DNA from: an uncultured delta proteobacterium
Lineage (GTDB): Bacteria; Myxococcota; Myxococcia; Myxococcales; Myxococcaceae
DNA: 64,000 nucleotides
Assembly: GCA_963771175.1 (NCBI GenBank)
Contig: CAVYSY010000033.1
Span: 288,001 to 352,000 of the forward strand
Direction of reading: 5' to 3'
Position numbers and translations under genes: made by a program. Below, piece after piece: positions 42,007 to 55,072 of this stretch (position 1 is the stretch's first letter; each line of letters starts with the position of its first letter). The notes below the pieces were generated by a model that worked only from the letters and a program-made list of their open reading frames with translations, did not search any database and was not told the DNA's origin.

Positions 42007-42348
42007 CTGCCGCTTGAGGCTGCCCACGGTGAAGCCCGCCTGCCGCGGCTGCTCCCGGTTGATCTCATCCGCGTGGGCACGGGCCACCTCCGGCGCGCCG
42101 GAGGAAGAGCGCGAGCCCAGGGTCAGGGCCTCTCGGGGCGCGGCGGGCGCGGCCGGGGAGGCGCTCCGCCCCGCGGCCCCTCCGAGCAGCTCCTGGATGC
42201 GCGCCCAGCGCACCTTCTCCTCGGCCATGAGGCGGGTCAGCTCGTCGCGGGCGCTGGCGTCCTGCAGCTCGCCAGCGGCGGCCGCCACGCGCTCCAGGAA
42301 GGGCATCAGGTAGCCGATGTCCCTGTCGAAACCACTAGGCTTGGCCAT
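42001..42348 (-). CDS. Hypothetical protein
   Basis: GGAGG RBS, 115-aa ORF with plausible codon usage. Confidence 0.6.
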   Translation of the reverse strand: MAKPSGFDRDIGYLMPFLERVAAAAGELQDASARDELTRLMAEEKVRWARIQELLGGAAGRSASPAAPAAPREALTLGSRSSSGAPEVARAHADEINREQPRQAGFTVGSLKRQS

Positions 42349-42672
42349 GTGAATCCTCCGCGGGCAGGGAGACGAGCCCCCCTCCCCCTCATCTACTCCG
42401 GGAACGGCCGTCCGGGCAGCTCTCCCCCCATACCCCCGGAAATCGCCGGGGGCGACAGAAGCTTTTGGGGCGCTTCCTGGTTATGAACGGCGAATGTAGG
42501 CTGGGCTCCTCCAGCAGCCCAGCCGCCGGGGGGGGCTTCCCCTCCGGCCTCAGAATGAGTAGACGGCTCCCCGTCTCCCTGTCGATTTGGCTGGAAACTT
42601 CAAGTGGCGGGAAGTAAGGGCGCCCCCTGCCCTGTTCTCGCAGGACTTCAATCAGCAGAAGGACCGACTCTC

Positions 42673-44787
<2,115 letters not shown>

Positions 44788-44827
44788 TGCCGCGCATGCA
44801 CGGCCTGACAGTTCCAGGCTGTTGAAG

Positions 44828-44861
44828 GAAGGCGCCTCCCCCGGGGGCGCCTTCTTTTTTT
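44828..44861 (+). terminator. Intrinsic terminator after fusA
   Basis: gaaggcgcc...ggcgccttc stem followed by T7. Confidence 0.85.
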
Positions 44862-44931
44862 CCGGGCCCGACGGTTTCCGACGTCTCTTCCGTCCCGGGC
44901 CCTCCGGGGACAAACCCCAACTCGAGTACCT

Positions 44932-46384
44932 ATGACTTTCGAAGATCTGAAGCTCGCCGACACCCTGCTGCGCGCCGTGAAGGCCGAGGGCTACACCACG
45001 CCCACGCCCATCCAGCAGCAGGCCATTCCCCACGTGCTGGCCGGCAAGGACGTGCTCGGCTGCGCGCAGACGGGCACCGGCAAGACGGCGGCCTTCGCGC
45101 TGCCCATCCTGCAGCGGCTCTCCGTGGGCCGCCCGCCCCGCCCGCCCGCGGCCGCCCCATCCGCGCGCTCGTGCTCACCCCCACCCGCGAGCTGGCCGCG
45201 CAGATCGGCGAGAGCTTCCGCACCTACGGCGCGCCACACCGGCCTCACCTCCGCCGTCATCTTCGGCGGCGTGGGCCAGAACGCCGCAGGAGCAGTGCCC
45301 TGCGCCAGGGCGTGGACATGCTCGTGGCCACGCCCGGGCCGCCTGCTCGATCTCATGCAGCAGGGCTTCGTGTCCTACAAGTCGCTCGAGGTGTTCGTCC
45401 TCGACGAGGCCGACCGCATGCTGGACATGGGCTTCATCCACGACGTGAAGCGCGTCATCGCGGCGCTGCCCAAGCAGCGGCAGACGCTCTTCTTCTCGGC
45501 CACCATGCCGCCGGAGATCCAGGCGCTGGCCAACAGCATCCTGACGAATCCGGTGCGCGGTGGAGGTGACGCCCGTGGCCACCACGGCCGAGACCATCGA
45601 CCAGCGGCTGTACTTCGTGGAGAAGGAGCAGAAGCGCGGCCTGCTGGTGCACCTGCTGCAGAACGAGGCGCATCCAGCGGGCGCTCGTCTTCACGCGCAC
45701 CAAGCACGGCGCCAACCGCGTGGCCGAGCAGCTGGAGACGGCGGGCATCGGCGCCGACGCCATCCACGGCAACAAGAGCCAGAACGCGCGCGAGCGGGCG
45801 CTGGCGGACTTCAAGTCCGGCGCCTGCCGGGTGCTGGTGGCCACGGACATCGCCGCGCGCGGCATCGACATCGACGGCATCACGCCACGTCATCAACTTC
45901 GACCTGCCCAACGTCCCCGAGACGTACGTGCACCGCATCGGCCGCACGGGCCGGGCGGGCGCGGCGGGCATCGCCCTCTCGTTCTGCGACACCGAGGAGC
46001 GCGCGTACCTGAAGGACATCGAGCGCACCATCCGCCGGCGCGTGCCGGTGGTGGACGCCCATCCGCACCGCTCGGGCCAACCGGCGCCCTCGCCCACGTC
46101 GCTCGACGCCCCGGCCCAGGCCCAGCGGAGCCCTCGTCAGCCCCAGGGGCAGCCCCGTGCGCGAGCGGGGTGGAGGCAACGGTGGACAGCGCCGTCGGGG
46201 CGGCGGCGGTGGTCGCGGCGGCAACGCCGGGGCCTCCCGGAGCGCGGAGTCGGCGCGTTCCGGCCAGGGCAACCGCTCGGCCACCCAGCAGACCCGCCAG
46301 GGACCGCGTTCCCAGGGAGCGGCTCCGGCCCCGGCGGCAGCGCCCGCCGTTTCCCAGAGGCCTCGCGCGCCCAAGTGGCTGTAG
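44932..46384 (+). CDS. DEAD-box RNA helicase, RhlE-like (several frameshifts)
   Basis: Q motif [45 protein letters not shown] across frames; basic tail ends at 46384. Confidence 0.9.
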
Positions 46385-46429
46385 AAAAGGGCCCGCGACG
46401 AGAACCTCCGTACTGCTTCCGAGATACAC

Positions 46430-48355
46430 GTGACCCTGCTTCGCGCCGCCGATGTCCAACTGTCCTTCGGCAGCCGCACCGTCTTCCAGGGCCTGACGCT
46501 CACCATTGAGGAGGGCGAGCGGGTGGGCCTGGTGGGGGTGAACGGCTCCGGCAAGTCCTCGCTGATGAAGATATTGGCGGGGGTGGCCCGTCCGGACGCG
46601 GGCGAGCTCCAGCTCCGCCGCGGCGCGCGCGTCACCTACCTGCCGCAGGAGCCCGAGTTCGCCCCGGGCGCCACGGTGGCCTCGGAGCTGAGCGTGGCCC
46701 AGGCGCCGCTGAAGGAGGCCCTCGCCGCGCACACGGAGCTGATCCGCAGGCTGGAGTCCATGCCGGCCGAGGCCCAGGGCAAGCCGCTGGAGCAGCTCGC
46801 GGCGCTGTCGGACCGCATCGAGCAGCTCGGCGGCTGGGACACGGAGCACCACGCCAAGACGCTGCTGGACCGGCTGGGCGTGAAGGACTGGGACCGGCCG
46901 GTGGCGGAGCTGTCCGGCGGCCTGCGCAAGCGCGTGGCCATCGCCCGCGCGCTGCTGATGCGGCCGGACCTGCTGATGCTGGACGAGCCCACCAACCACC
47001 TGGACGCGGACACGGTGGACTGGCTCGAGGACGAGCTGGACCAGCTCCCCGGCTCGCTGCTGCTGGTGACGCACGACCGCTACTTCCTCGACGACCTGGT
47101 GGACCGGATCGTGGAGATCCAGCCCGGCGAGGGCGTCATCTCGTACCCGGGCAACTACGAGGCCTACGTGGAGCAGAAGCTGGTGGCCCAGGAGAACGCC
47201 TCCCTCGCGCAGCACAAGCGCGAGCGGTGGATCGCCCAGGAAGTGGCGTGGCTGCGCAAGGGCCCGGAGGCGCGGCGCACCAAGAGCAAGGCGCGCATCG
47301 ACCGGGCGCGGAAGCTGATGGAGGAGAAGGGCTTCCAGCGGCCCAAGGTGGCGGGGCTGCAGGTGATGCAGGCGCCCCGGCTGGGCCACACCGTCATCGA
47401 GGCCGAGGGCGTGCACAAGTCCTACGGCGAGCGCGACGTGCTCAAGGGCGTGGACTTCCTGCTCCAGCGCGGCGAGCGCGTGGGCCTCGTCGGCCCCAAC
47501 GGCGTGGGCAAGACGACCTTCCTGCGGGTGCTGCTCGGCGAGCTGCCGCCGGACTCCGGCAAGGTGGTCATCGGGAAGAACACGAAGGTGGCCTACTACG
47601 ACCAGAAGCGCGCCTCGTTGGACCCGGAGCAGACGGTGTACGAGGCGGCCTCGCCGCGCGGGGAGGACTGGGTGGAGCTGGGCGACCAGCGGGTGGCGCT
47701 GCGCGACTACCTGGATGACCTGCTCTTCCCCGTGCCCATGCAGCGCATGAAGGTGAAGGCGCTGTCGGGCGGCGAGCGCAACCGGCTCCTGCTGGCGCGG
47801 CTCTTCCTGGAGGGCGCCAACGTGCTGGTGCTGGACGAGCCGACGAACGACCTGGACATCGTCACGCTGAACGTCCTCGAGGGGCTGCTGCTGGACTTCG
47901 CCGGCAGCGTGCTGCTGGTGACGCACGACCGGTACTTCCTCGACAAGGTGGCCACCTCCATCCTCTCCTTCGAGGGCGACGGCAAGGTGGTGCGGTACGA
48001 GGGCAACTTCGCGATGTACCGGCGGCTGAAGGAGCAGGCGAAGGCCGCCGCGACGCCCGCCCCCGCTCCGAAGAAGGCGGAGCCCACCCTGGTGGCGGCC
48101 GAGCCAAAGCAAGCGCGCAAGCCGGGCAAGCTCTCGTACAAGGAGCAGCGGGAGCTGGACGGGATGGAGGCGGCCATCGAGGCCGCGGAGACGCGCAAGG
48201 CCGAGCTGGAAGCCCAGCTCGTGGACCCGAGCGTCTACTCCAGCAGCGCCAAGGCAGCCGAAGTGCAGAAGGCGCTGGAGGAGACGGCGGTGGAGGTGGA
48301 GCGCCTCTACTCGCGCTGGCAGGAGCTGCAGAACCTCGCCGCCGGAGCCGCCTGA
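46430..48355 (+). CDS. uup: ABC-F ATPase, Uup-like
   Basis: Two ABC domains ([29 protein letters not shown]), ARRTKSKAR linker, C-terminal [15 protein letters not shown] coiled coil. Confidence 0.85.
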   Translation: MTLLRAADVQLSFGSRTVFQGLTLTIEEGERVGLVGVNGSGKSSLMKILAGVARPDAGELQLRRGARVTYLPQEPEFAPGATVASELSVAQAPLKEALAAHTELIRRLESMPAEAQGKPLEQLAALSDRIEQLGGWDTEHHAKTLLDRLGVKDWDRPVAELSGGLRKRVAIARALLMRPDLLMLDEPTNHLDADTVDWLEDELDQLPGSLLLVTHDRYFLDDLVDRIVEIQPGEGVISYPGNYEAYVEQKLVAQENASLAQHKRERWIAQEVAWLRKGPEARRTKSKARIDRARKLMEEKGFQRPKVAGLQVMQAPRLGHTVIEAEGVHKSYGERDVLKGVDFLLQRGERVGLVGPNGVGKTTFLRVLLGELPPDSGKVVIGKNTKVAYYDQKRASLDPEQTVYEAASPRGEDWVELGDQRVALRDYLDDLLFPVPMQRMKVKALSGGERNRLLLARLFLEGANVLVLDEPTNDLDIVTLNVLEGLLLDFAGSVLLVTHDRYFLDKVATSILSFEGDGKVVRYEGNFAMYRRLKEQAKAAATPAPAPKKAEPTLVAAEPKQARKPGKLSYKEQRELDGMEAAIEAAETRKAELEAQLVDPSVYSSSAKAAEVQKALEETAVEVERLYSRWQELQNLAAGAA

Positions 48356-48387
48356 CGCTCCCGAGAACCCAACCACTGTGAATGCCC

Positions 48388-48420
48388 CCTCTCCCCTTGG
48401 GGAGAGGACTGGGCTGGGGG
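48388..48420. repeat. REP-like hairpin between the two ABC-F genes
   Basis: cctctccc-cttg-gggagagg followed by a G-rich tail. Confidence 0.4.
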
Positions 48421-48454
48421 ACTCCCCTGCCCTCCTGTATCCTGTAGAGGTCCC

Positions 48455-50078
48455 ATGATTCGTCTCGACAACATCGGCAAGCAGCACGGACAGCAGATCC
48501 TCTTCGTGGAAGCCACCGCCCAGCTCAACAAGGGCGAGAAGATTGGGCTGGTGGGCCCGAACGGAGCGGGAAAGTCGACCCTCTTCCGGATGGTCGTTCA
48601 GCGGGAGCACCCGGACGAGGGACAGGTGTCCGTCGATCGCGGCGTGACGATCGGCTACTTCGACCAGGACGTGGGCGAGATGTCCGGCCAGAGCGCGGTG
48701 GCCGCGGTGATGGACGGCGCCGGGCCGGTGTCCGAGGTGGCCGCGGAGCTCAAGCAGCTCGAGGCGGCCATGGCGGATCCGGACCGCATGGACGAGATGG
48801 ACAAGCTCGTCGAGCGCTTCGGCGTGGTGCAGGGGCGCTACGAGGAGCTGGGCGGGTACGCGCTGGAGGGACGGGCGCGGGAGATCCTCGCCGGCCTCGG
48901 CTTCTCCGAGGAGATGATGGACGGGGACGTGGGGGCCCTCTCGGGCGGGTGGAAGATGCGCGTGGCGCTCGCGCGCATCCTGCTGATGAGCCCGGACGTG
49001 ATGCTGCTGGACGAGCCCAGCAACCACCTGGACCTCGAGTCGCTCATCTGGCTGGAGAACTTCCTCAAGGGCTTCGAGGGCGCGGTGCTGATGACGAGCC
49101 ACGATCGCGAGTTCATGAACCGCATCGTGACGAAGATCATCGAGATCGACGGCGGCGAGCTGACGACGTACTCGGGCGACTACGAGTTCTACGAGCAGCA
49201 GCGGGCGCAGAACGAGAAGCAGCAGCAGGCGCAGTACGAGCGCCAGCAGGCCATGCTCGCCAAGGAGCTGAAGTTCATCGAGCGCTTCAAGGCGCGCGCC
49301 TCCCACGCGGCCCAGGTGCAGAGCCGGGTGAAGAAGCTGGAGAAGATCGAGAAGGTGGAGCCGCCCAAGCGTCGCGAGACGCTGGTCTTCGAGTTCCAGC
49401 CGGCGCCGCGCTCGGGCGACGACGTGGCGAAGCTGGAGCAGGTGGTGAAGGGCTACGGCAAGCGCCGCATCTACAACGGCCTGGACTTCCTCGTGCGACG
49501 CGGAGAGCGCTGGTGCGTGATGGGCGTGAACGGCGCGGGCAAGTCCACGCTGCTCAAGCTGATCGCCGGCGAGTCCAGTCCGGACGATGGGGCCGTGTCG
49601 CTCGGCGGCAGCGTGAAGATGGGCTACTTCGCCCAGCACGCCATGGAGCTGCTGAAGCCGGACCAGACCGTCTTCGACTCGCTGGTGGACAAGCTTCCCC
49701 CGCGCCTCGCAGGGCTCGCTGCGCGCGCTGGCCGGGTGCTTCGGCTTCTCGGGTGACGAGATCGAGAAGAAGTGCAAGGTCCTCTCCGGAGGCGAGAAGG
49801 CACGACTGGTACTGGCGCAGATGCTCTACGATCCGCCAAACTTCCTCGTGCTCGACGAGCCCACCAACCACCTGGACATGGCGACCAAGCAGATGCTCAT
49901 CGCGGCGCTGGCCAACTACGAGGGCACGATGCTCTTCGTGAGCCACGACCGGCACTTCCTGGGCGCGCTGTCCAACCGGGTGCTGGAGCTGACTCCCGAG
50001 GGCATCCACCAGTACGGTGGTGGCTACACGGAGTACGTGGCGCGCACGGGCCACGAGGCGCCTGGCCTGCGAAGCTGA
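48455..50078 (+). CDS. Second ABC-F ATPase (frameshift near 49700)
   Basis: [42 protein letters not shown]; no TM segments. Confidence 0.88.
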
Positions 50079-50092
50079 CCCTGGAACAGCGA

Positions 50093-50959
50093 ATGACCTT
50101 GTTCAAACATCCCGAAGACCGCATCCCCGTCCTGCTGTTCTCGTTGGTGTTCGCGGCCGACCTGGCGATGTACTTCCTGGCGCGGAGCTGGTGGCTGCCC
50201 CTCCTGTGGTTCGGCGTGATGATCATCCCGAAGGGGTGGATCAGCGCGTGGAACCACCACCACCAGCACGTGGCGACATTCCGCTACGCCCTGCCCAACC
50301 GCCTCCTGGAGATCGTCTTCGGCTTCCAGACCGGGGTGACGTCCCACGCGTGGTTCCTGCATCACGTGGTGGGCCATCACCGCAACTACCTGGACCAGAC
50401 GAAGGACGAGTCCACCTGGAAGCGCCCCGATGGCACGACCATGGGCGAGATGGAGTACTCGCTCATGACGGCCCTCACGGCCTACCCGCGGGCCTTCCGC
50501 GTGGGGCGGGAGAAGCATCCCCAGGCGCTGCGCGTCTTCCTGGCCATGTGCGCACTGCATGTGGTGCTGCTCGGCGTGCTGTTCTGGCACAACTGGTACA
50601 ACGCGCTCTTCGTCTTCCTGCTGCCCATGTGCGTGTCGCTCTACGTGACCGCGTGGGCCACCTACTTCCACCACGTGGGGCTCGAGACGACGAAGCACGA
50701 GGAGGCCTCGTACAACATCCTGCACCCTGGCTATAACCTGATGACCGGCAACCTCGGCTACCACACCGCGCACCACACGAAGCACGGGTTGCACTGGTCG
50801 AAGCTGCCGGAGCTGCATGCGAAGATGGCGCGGGACATCCCCCCCACGCTCTACCGCCAGCCAGGCATTCCCTTCGTGTGGAGCGGCTCCGAGGCGAAGC
50901 TGGAGCTGAGCACCGAGGACGTGGAGGCGCTCGCCCAGCGGACCCAGGCGAGCACCTGA
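50093..50959 (+). CDS. Membrane fatty acid desaturase family protein
   Basis: His boxes HHHQH, HHVVGHH, HTAHH plus hydrophobic segments. Confidence 0.85.
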   Translation: MTLFKHPEDRIPVLLFSLVFAADLAMYFLARSWWLPLLWFGVMIIPKGWISAWNHHHQHVATFRYALPNRLLEIVFGFQTGVTSHAWFLHHVVGHHRNYLDQTKDESTWKRPDGTTMGEMEYSLMTALTAYPRAFRVGREKHPQALRVFLAMCALHVVLLGVLFWHNWYNALFVFLLPMCVSLYVTAWATYFHHVGLETTKHEEASYNILHPGYNLMTGNLGYHTAHHTKHGLHWSKLPELHAKMARDIPPTLYRQPGIPFVWSGSEAKLELSTEDVEALAQRTQAST

Positions 50960-50998
50960 TACATGCGGCGGAGCCGTCGGTGGGCTACAACCCTCCGC

Positions 50999-51723
50999 AT
51001 GCTCCGCCACACGTTCCTCGCCATCCTCGGCCTCACGTTGGCAGCCTGCGCCACGCAGCAGGGCAACACCCGTGAGGTGCTCCAGCGCGCCGACACCCGC
51101 TTCTTCGTCCGCGAGCAGTGCCAGCCCAAGGGCACTGCCTCGCTCGCCCGTGACCAGGTCACCGGGCTCGACGAGCTGCCCGGCTCCCTTCGCGACCGCG
51201 TCCTCTCCGACCTCCCCCTGGAAGCCATCGGGAGCAGGCCGTTCATGCAGTGCCAGGATGTCGCGGCCCGGCTCCTCGAGGACCGGCTGCACGCGCTCTG
51301 CTGGCCGGAAGCGCGCGTGACCTCGCAGGCTGCCCCCGCGACCAAGGCCCCCGCGACCAACGCCCCCGCCCAGCCCCGGCTGAACGTCCAGCTCGGGGCG
51401 CGCTACCAGATCGACGCCATCTGGGTCGTCCGGGCAAGAACACGAAGGTGTCCTCGGCAAGCGTCACCAAGGCGGCGAAGAGCGCGCTCCCCAAGGACAA
51501 GGCCTGCACGGCGAAAACGCTCGAGAACATCCGGTCGAGCGTCTCCGAGCTCGGGACGTTCCACCGGGTGCTGGTCGTGCCGGGCCCCCCTCTCGGGGAT
51601 CAGAAGAAGGTGCCCGTGGTCGTCGACATCAGCGAGAAGGCTCCGCCCCCTCCTCCGAAGGCGCAGGAGCCCGGCCAGGTGAAGAAGGAAGGGGCGGCGG
51701 CGGGAACACCCCGCTCGAAATGA
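50999..51723 (+). CDS. Hypothetical lipoprotein (frameshift near 51430)
   Basis: Lipobox LAAC; continuation in the frame of ORF 51250..51723. Confidence 0.5.
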
Positions 51724-51736
51724 GCCGCTCGCTCGG

Positions 51737-53080
51737 TCAAGGACTCCGGGGACAGGGCGGCGAGCTGGGGCAACGCCCCTCGGGGTCCCTGGGCGTCGTT
51801 TCCGTGCACTCCGCGATGCGGGCGAACGTATTCGTCCCCAGGAAGCTCACCCCCGAGGAGCCACTCCACCCCCGCAGGATGCCGTGGCCAGCGCTGTCCT
51901 CGATGCGCGAGTTGGCGATGAAGGGCGCCGTGGGCTCCTGGAAGACGAGAATGGCCGAGCTGACGTCGAATGAACCCGGCAGGTAGTTGCAGCCGTAGCT
52001 CGAGCATTGGCAGGCGCCGCCCGCGTAGCGCACCCATGCGGACTCCAGCCGGCTGCTCGGGTTCAGCCCGTCGAAGCGGATGCCCGCCCAGTCCCCCGCG
52101 GCCGGCAGGGCCAGAGCGGACGTGAAGACCACGGGGCGGGAGGCCGTCCCCGCGACGATGAGCGCGCTCCGGCCGTCATACACACGCAGCGTCGTCCGCG
52201 GCTCGAAGCGCAGCTCGGCACCGGCCTCGATGGTGAGGGTGGCCGCGGTATCGGTGTTGCCCACCTGGAGCCCCCCCACGCGGTAGGGCACGCCCAGGTC
52301 CCTCAAGGTGGCATTCCCGCCAAGAAAGAAGATGCTGGAGGACGCCACGGAGGGGCTGACGAAGATGGCATTGGCGCGGTTGCCCGTATAGGTGCCGGAG
52401 GGCAGCGTGCCCAGCGCGTTGGGGTTGACGGCCAACGGCTCCGGCCCACTGTCGCTGCCCGAATCACGGATGACCAGCGAGGAGGAGCCCTCGGCGAAGC
52501 CGGCCGTGCCATTGAGCACCACGCCCCGGGTGAGCGAGCCTTCGATGGTGACGTTGTCCACGAAGAGCGGGCGCGGCCCGGGAAGCTCCGCGCCAGCATT
52601 CACGCGCACGGTGGCCTCGCCGATGGAGGGATCTCCACCGCCCGATAGCACCGTCCACGCGAGCCGCGCCGAGCCGCCAGCGAAGATAAGGAGCTGGCCC
52701 CACGGCTTGCTCGCATCCAGGCGTTCGAAGCGAATCGGGCGCTCCCGCGTGCCCGAGGCCACGAGCGAGCCGCCGCCCTGAAGGGTGATGGAACGCGCCG
52801 GGCCCACGCGCACGATGGCACAGGGCTGTACCGTCACCGCGGCACGTACCAGCAGGTCCCCGGCGATGACATGAGGGCTGGAAGAGGACCAGGTCTCGGG
52901 TGCGGAGATGGTGCCCTGATGCTCGATGGGCGCCCCCGTGGGCGTGGAGCACCCGGCCTCGGGCTGCCCCGCGTCCGGGGTCCCCGACGGATCCCCCGGA
53001 TCGGAGCCCGAGGAACAACCCAACAAGGTGCCGGCCGTCAGCAGACCCATCAGCATGCATCGTCGAAATGAACCACTCAT
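51737..53080 (-). CDS. Lipoprotein with parallel beta-helix-like repeats
   Basis: GGAG RBS; lipobox LLGC; repeated G..RPI/VVFT..WxGI modules; Cys-rich end. Confidence 0.65.
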   Translation of the reverse strand: MSGSFRRCMLMGLLTAGTLLGCSSGSDPGDPSGTPDAGQPEAGCSTPTGAPIEHQGTISAPETWSSSSPHVIAGDLLVRAAVTVQPCAIVRVGPARSITLQGGGSLVASGTRERPIRFERLDASKPWGQLLIFAGGSARLAWTVLSGGGDPSIGEATVRVNAGAELPGPRPLFVDNVTIEGSLTRGVVLNGTAGFAEGSSSLVIRDSGSDSGPEPLAVNPNALGTLPSGTYTGNRANAIFVSPSVASSSIFFLGGNATLRDLGVPYRVGGLQVGNTDTAATLTIEAGAELRFEPRTTLRVYDGRSALIVAGTASRPVVFTSALALPAAGDWAGIRFDGLNPSSRLESAWVRYAGGACQCSSYGCNYLPGSFDVSSAILVFQEPTAPFIANSRIEDSAGHGILRGWSGSSGVSFLGTNTFARIAECTETTPRDPEGRCPSSPPCPRSP

Positions 53081-53310
53081 GGCGTCAGTCTCCAGGAGGG
53101 AAGATCAACTTCCCCGACCCTGACCATCGCCGCTTCGCACGGAAGTGCCAACGTCCAGGAAGCCGGTGATGAAACCCGAGGGACGTCAGTTCCACTGCTG
53201 CGCGGGGGCGACGAGCTGCTCGCGCAACATGGCCAGCGGCGTCGCCCAGTTGTCCTCCCACCGGAAGCTGGCGAGCTGCCGGGACTGGCTGCCGCTCGTG
53301 GGGGTTCGGG

Positions 53311-54117
53311 TCAGCGCTCACCGTACAGGACGGTGTTCCAGGCCATGAGCCGGACGCCGGGGATTCGGCCGAGGAGGTCGTCCATCCGTGACAGGGGCCG
53401 GATGACGTGTCCGTAGCGCTCCCCGTCGCGGATGACCTTCTTCCAGTAGCGGTCCTCGGACGGCGAGACGCGCTCGCCCAACCAGAAGTAGAGGAAGATA
53501 CCGAGCGAGGCGATCCAGAACTCGCGGTGCTCGGCCCGACTGAACTGGGTGAGGATCCACTGAACGTCCGCACGCTCCAGGGGGCGCTCGTCCTGGGTCC
53601 TCACGTCGGAGGCCAGCCACCGGTACACCCAGATGGCGGGGTTGTAGGCCAGCGGCTCGATGAAGGCGAAACGGCCTCCCGGCTTCAGCACGCGCCGCAT
53701 CTCCGGAATGACGGTCTTGATCTCCACGTGGTGGAGCACGCCGTTGCCGTAGACGATGTCGAACTCCCCGTCCGCGTAGGGAAGCCGCTCGGCGGGGCCA
53801 CAGAACGTCTTCACGTCGAGGCCCTGCGCCTTCGCCGCCTGCTCGAGCACGGCGAGCTGCCCGGGAGAGATGTCCACCGCGCGGACGGAGGCGCCACGCG
53901 AGGCGAAGTACAGGCTGGCCTCGCCCATCCCGGAGCCCAGGTCCAGCACCCGCCGGCCAGACAGGTCTCCGAAGTGGGAGAGGATGAAGCGGTTCTCGAG
54001 TGCCGTGGGGCTCTCGAAGGATTCGCGGACGAGGAGTGTCTCGTCGCGGGTGCTCTCGGCCCAACGGTCGTGGGCCTCGCGCTCACGCCGCTGTCGTTCG
54101 GTCAGTCTGGGATCCAT
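53311..54117 (-). CDS. Class I SAM-dependent methyltransferase
   Basis: VLDLGSGMG, VDIS, LPYADGEFDIV, VLHH, LKPGG. Confidence 0.9.
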   Translation of the reverse strand: MDPRLTERQRREREAHDRWAESTRDETLLVRESFESPTALENRFILSHFGDLSGRRVLDLGSGMGEASLYFASRGASVRAVDISPGQLAVLEQAAKAQGLDVKTFCGPAERLPYADGEFDIVYGNGVLHHVEIKTVIPEMRRVLKPGGRFAFIEPLAYNPAIWVYRWLASDVRTQDERPLERADVQWILTQFSRAEHREFWIASLGIFLYFWLGERVSPSEDRYWKKVIRDGERYGHVIRPLSRMDDLLGRIPGVRLMAWNTVLYGER

Positions 54118-55072
54118 GAGCCGCCTCCTTGGCGTTCGAGCCAACCTGGATGTCCTGCAACAGGTACAGCGGGCGGGCCTTCACCTCGTCGTAGATGCGG
54201 CCCAGGTACTCGCCCACGATGCCCAGACACAGCAGCTGCACGCCGCCCAGGAAGGTGATGGCCACCATGAGCGAGGCCCAGCCGGGGAGCGACTCGCCGG
54301 TGATCACCTTGAGGTACACGGCGTGCACGGCATAGGCGAACGAGAAGAGCGACACGAGAAAGCCGAAGCCGGTGGCGAGCCGCAGCGGGAGGATGGAGAA
54401 CGAAATGATGGCGTCCACCGCGAAGCGCAGCATCTTGGAGAACGGGTACTTCGTCTCCCCGGCGGCCCGGTTCGCCCGCTCGTAGGGCACCCCCACCTGC
54501 CGGAACCCCAGCCACGCCACCAGCCCCCGGACGAAGCGGTTGCGCTCGCGCACGCGCTCGAGGGCATCCACCACCGGCCGCGACATCAGGCGGAAGTCTC
54601 CCGTGTCCGCGGGGATGTCCACTGCGGTGAGCCGCCGGATGAGCCGGTAGAAGAGGGCCGCGGTTCCCCGCTTGAAGAGGCCCTCCCCCTCGCGGCGGGT
54701 GCGTACGCCGTAGACGACGTCGTTGCCCTGCCTCCACAACTCCAGCATCCGGGGGATGAGCTCGGGCGGATCCTGGAGGTCCGCGTCCAGCACCACCACG
54801 GCCTGGCCCCGCGCCTGCTCCAATCCGGCCGTCAGCGCGATCTGGTGGCCGAAGTTGCGCGACAGGCGCACGAGGCTGACGCGCTCGTCCGAGGCGCGCA
54901 GCCCCTGCATGATCTCCCAGGTCTTGTCGGAGCTCCCGTCGTCGATCAGCACCAGCTCGTAGGAATCCTCCGTCGTCGCCATCACCTGGGAGACACGGCG
55001 GTACAGCTCGGGGAGGACCTCCTCCTCGTTGAAGACGGGAACGACGATGCTGCACGTGGGAAGGGCGCTCAT
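54083..55072 (-). CDS. GT2 polyprenyl-phosphate glycosyltransferase (GtrB/ArnC-like)
   Basis: VPVFNEE, DDGSSD, SRNFGHQ, DADLQDPP, TGDFRL, two C-terminal TM helices, GEYLGRIY. Confidence 0.92.
   Translation of the reverse strand: MSALPTCSIVVPVFNEEEVLPELYRRVSQVMATTEDSYELVLIDDGSSDKTWEIMQGLRASDERVSLVRLSRNFGHQIALTAGLEQARGQAVVVLDADLQDPPELIPRMLELWRQGNDVVYGVRTRREGEGLFKRGTAALFYRLIRRLTAVDIPADTGDFRLMSRPVVDALERVRERNRFVRGLVAWLGFRQVGVPYERANRAAGETKYPFSKMLRFAVDAIISFSILPLRLATGFGFLVSLFSFAYAVHAVYLKVITGESLPGWASLMVAITFLGGVQLLCLGIVGEYLGRIYDEVKARPLYLLQDIQVGSNAKEAAHGSQTDRTTAA

Noticed and set aside
45893..49777. 1294-aa minus-strand ORF
   Set aside because: Antisense shadow of the two ABC-F genes, typical of high-GC DNA; no motifs
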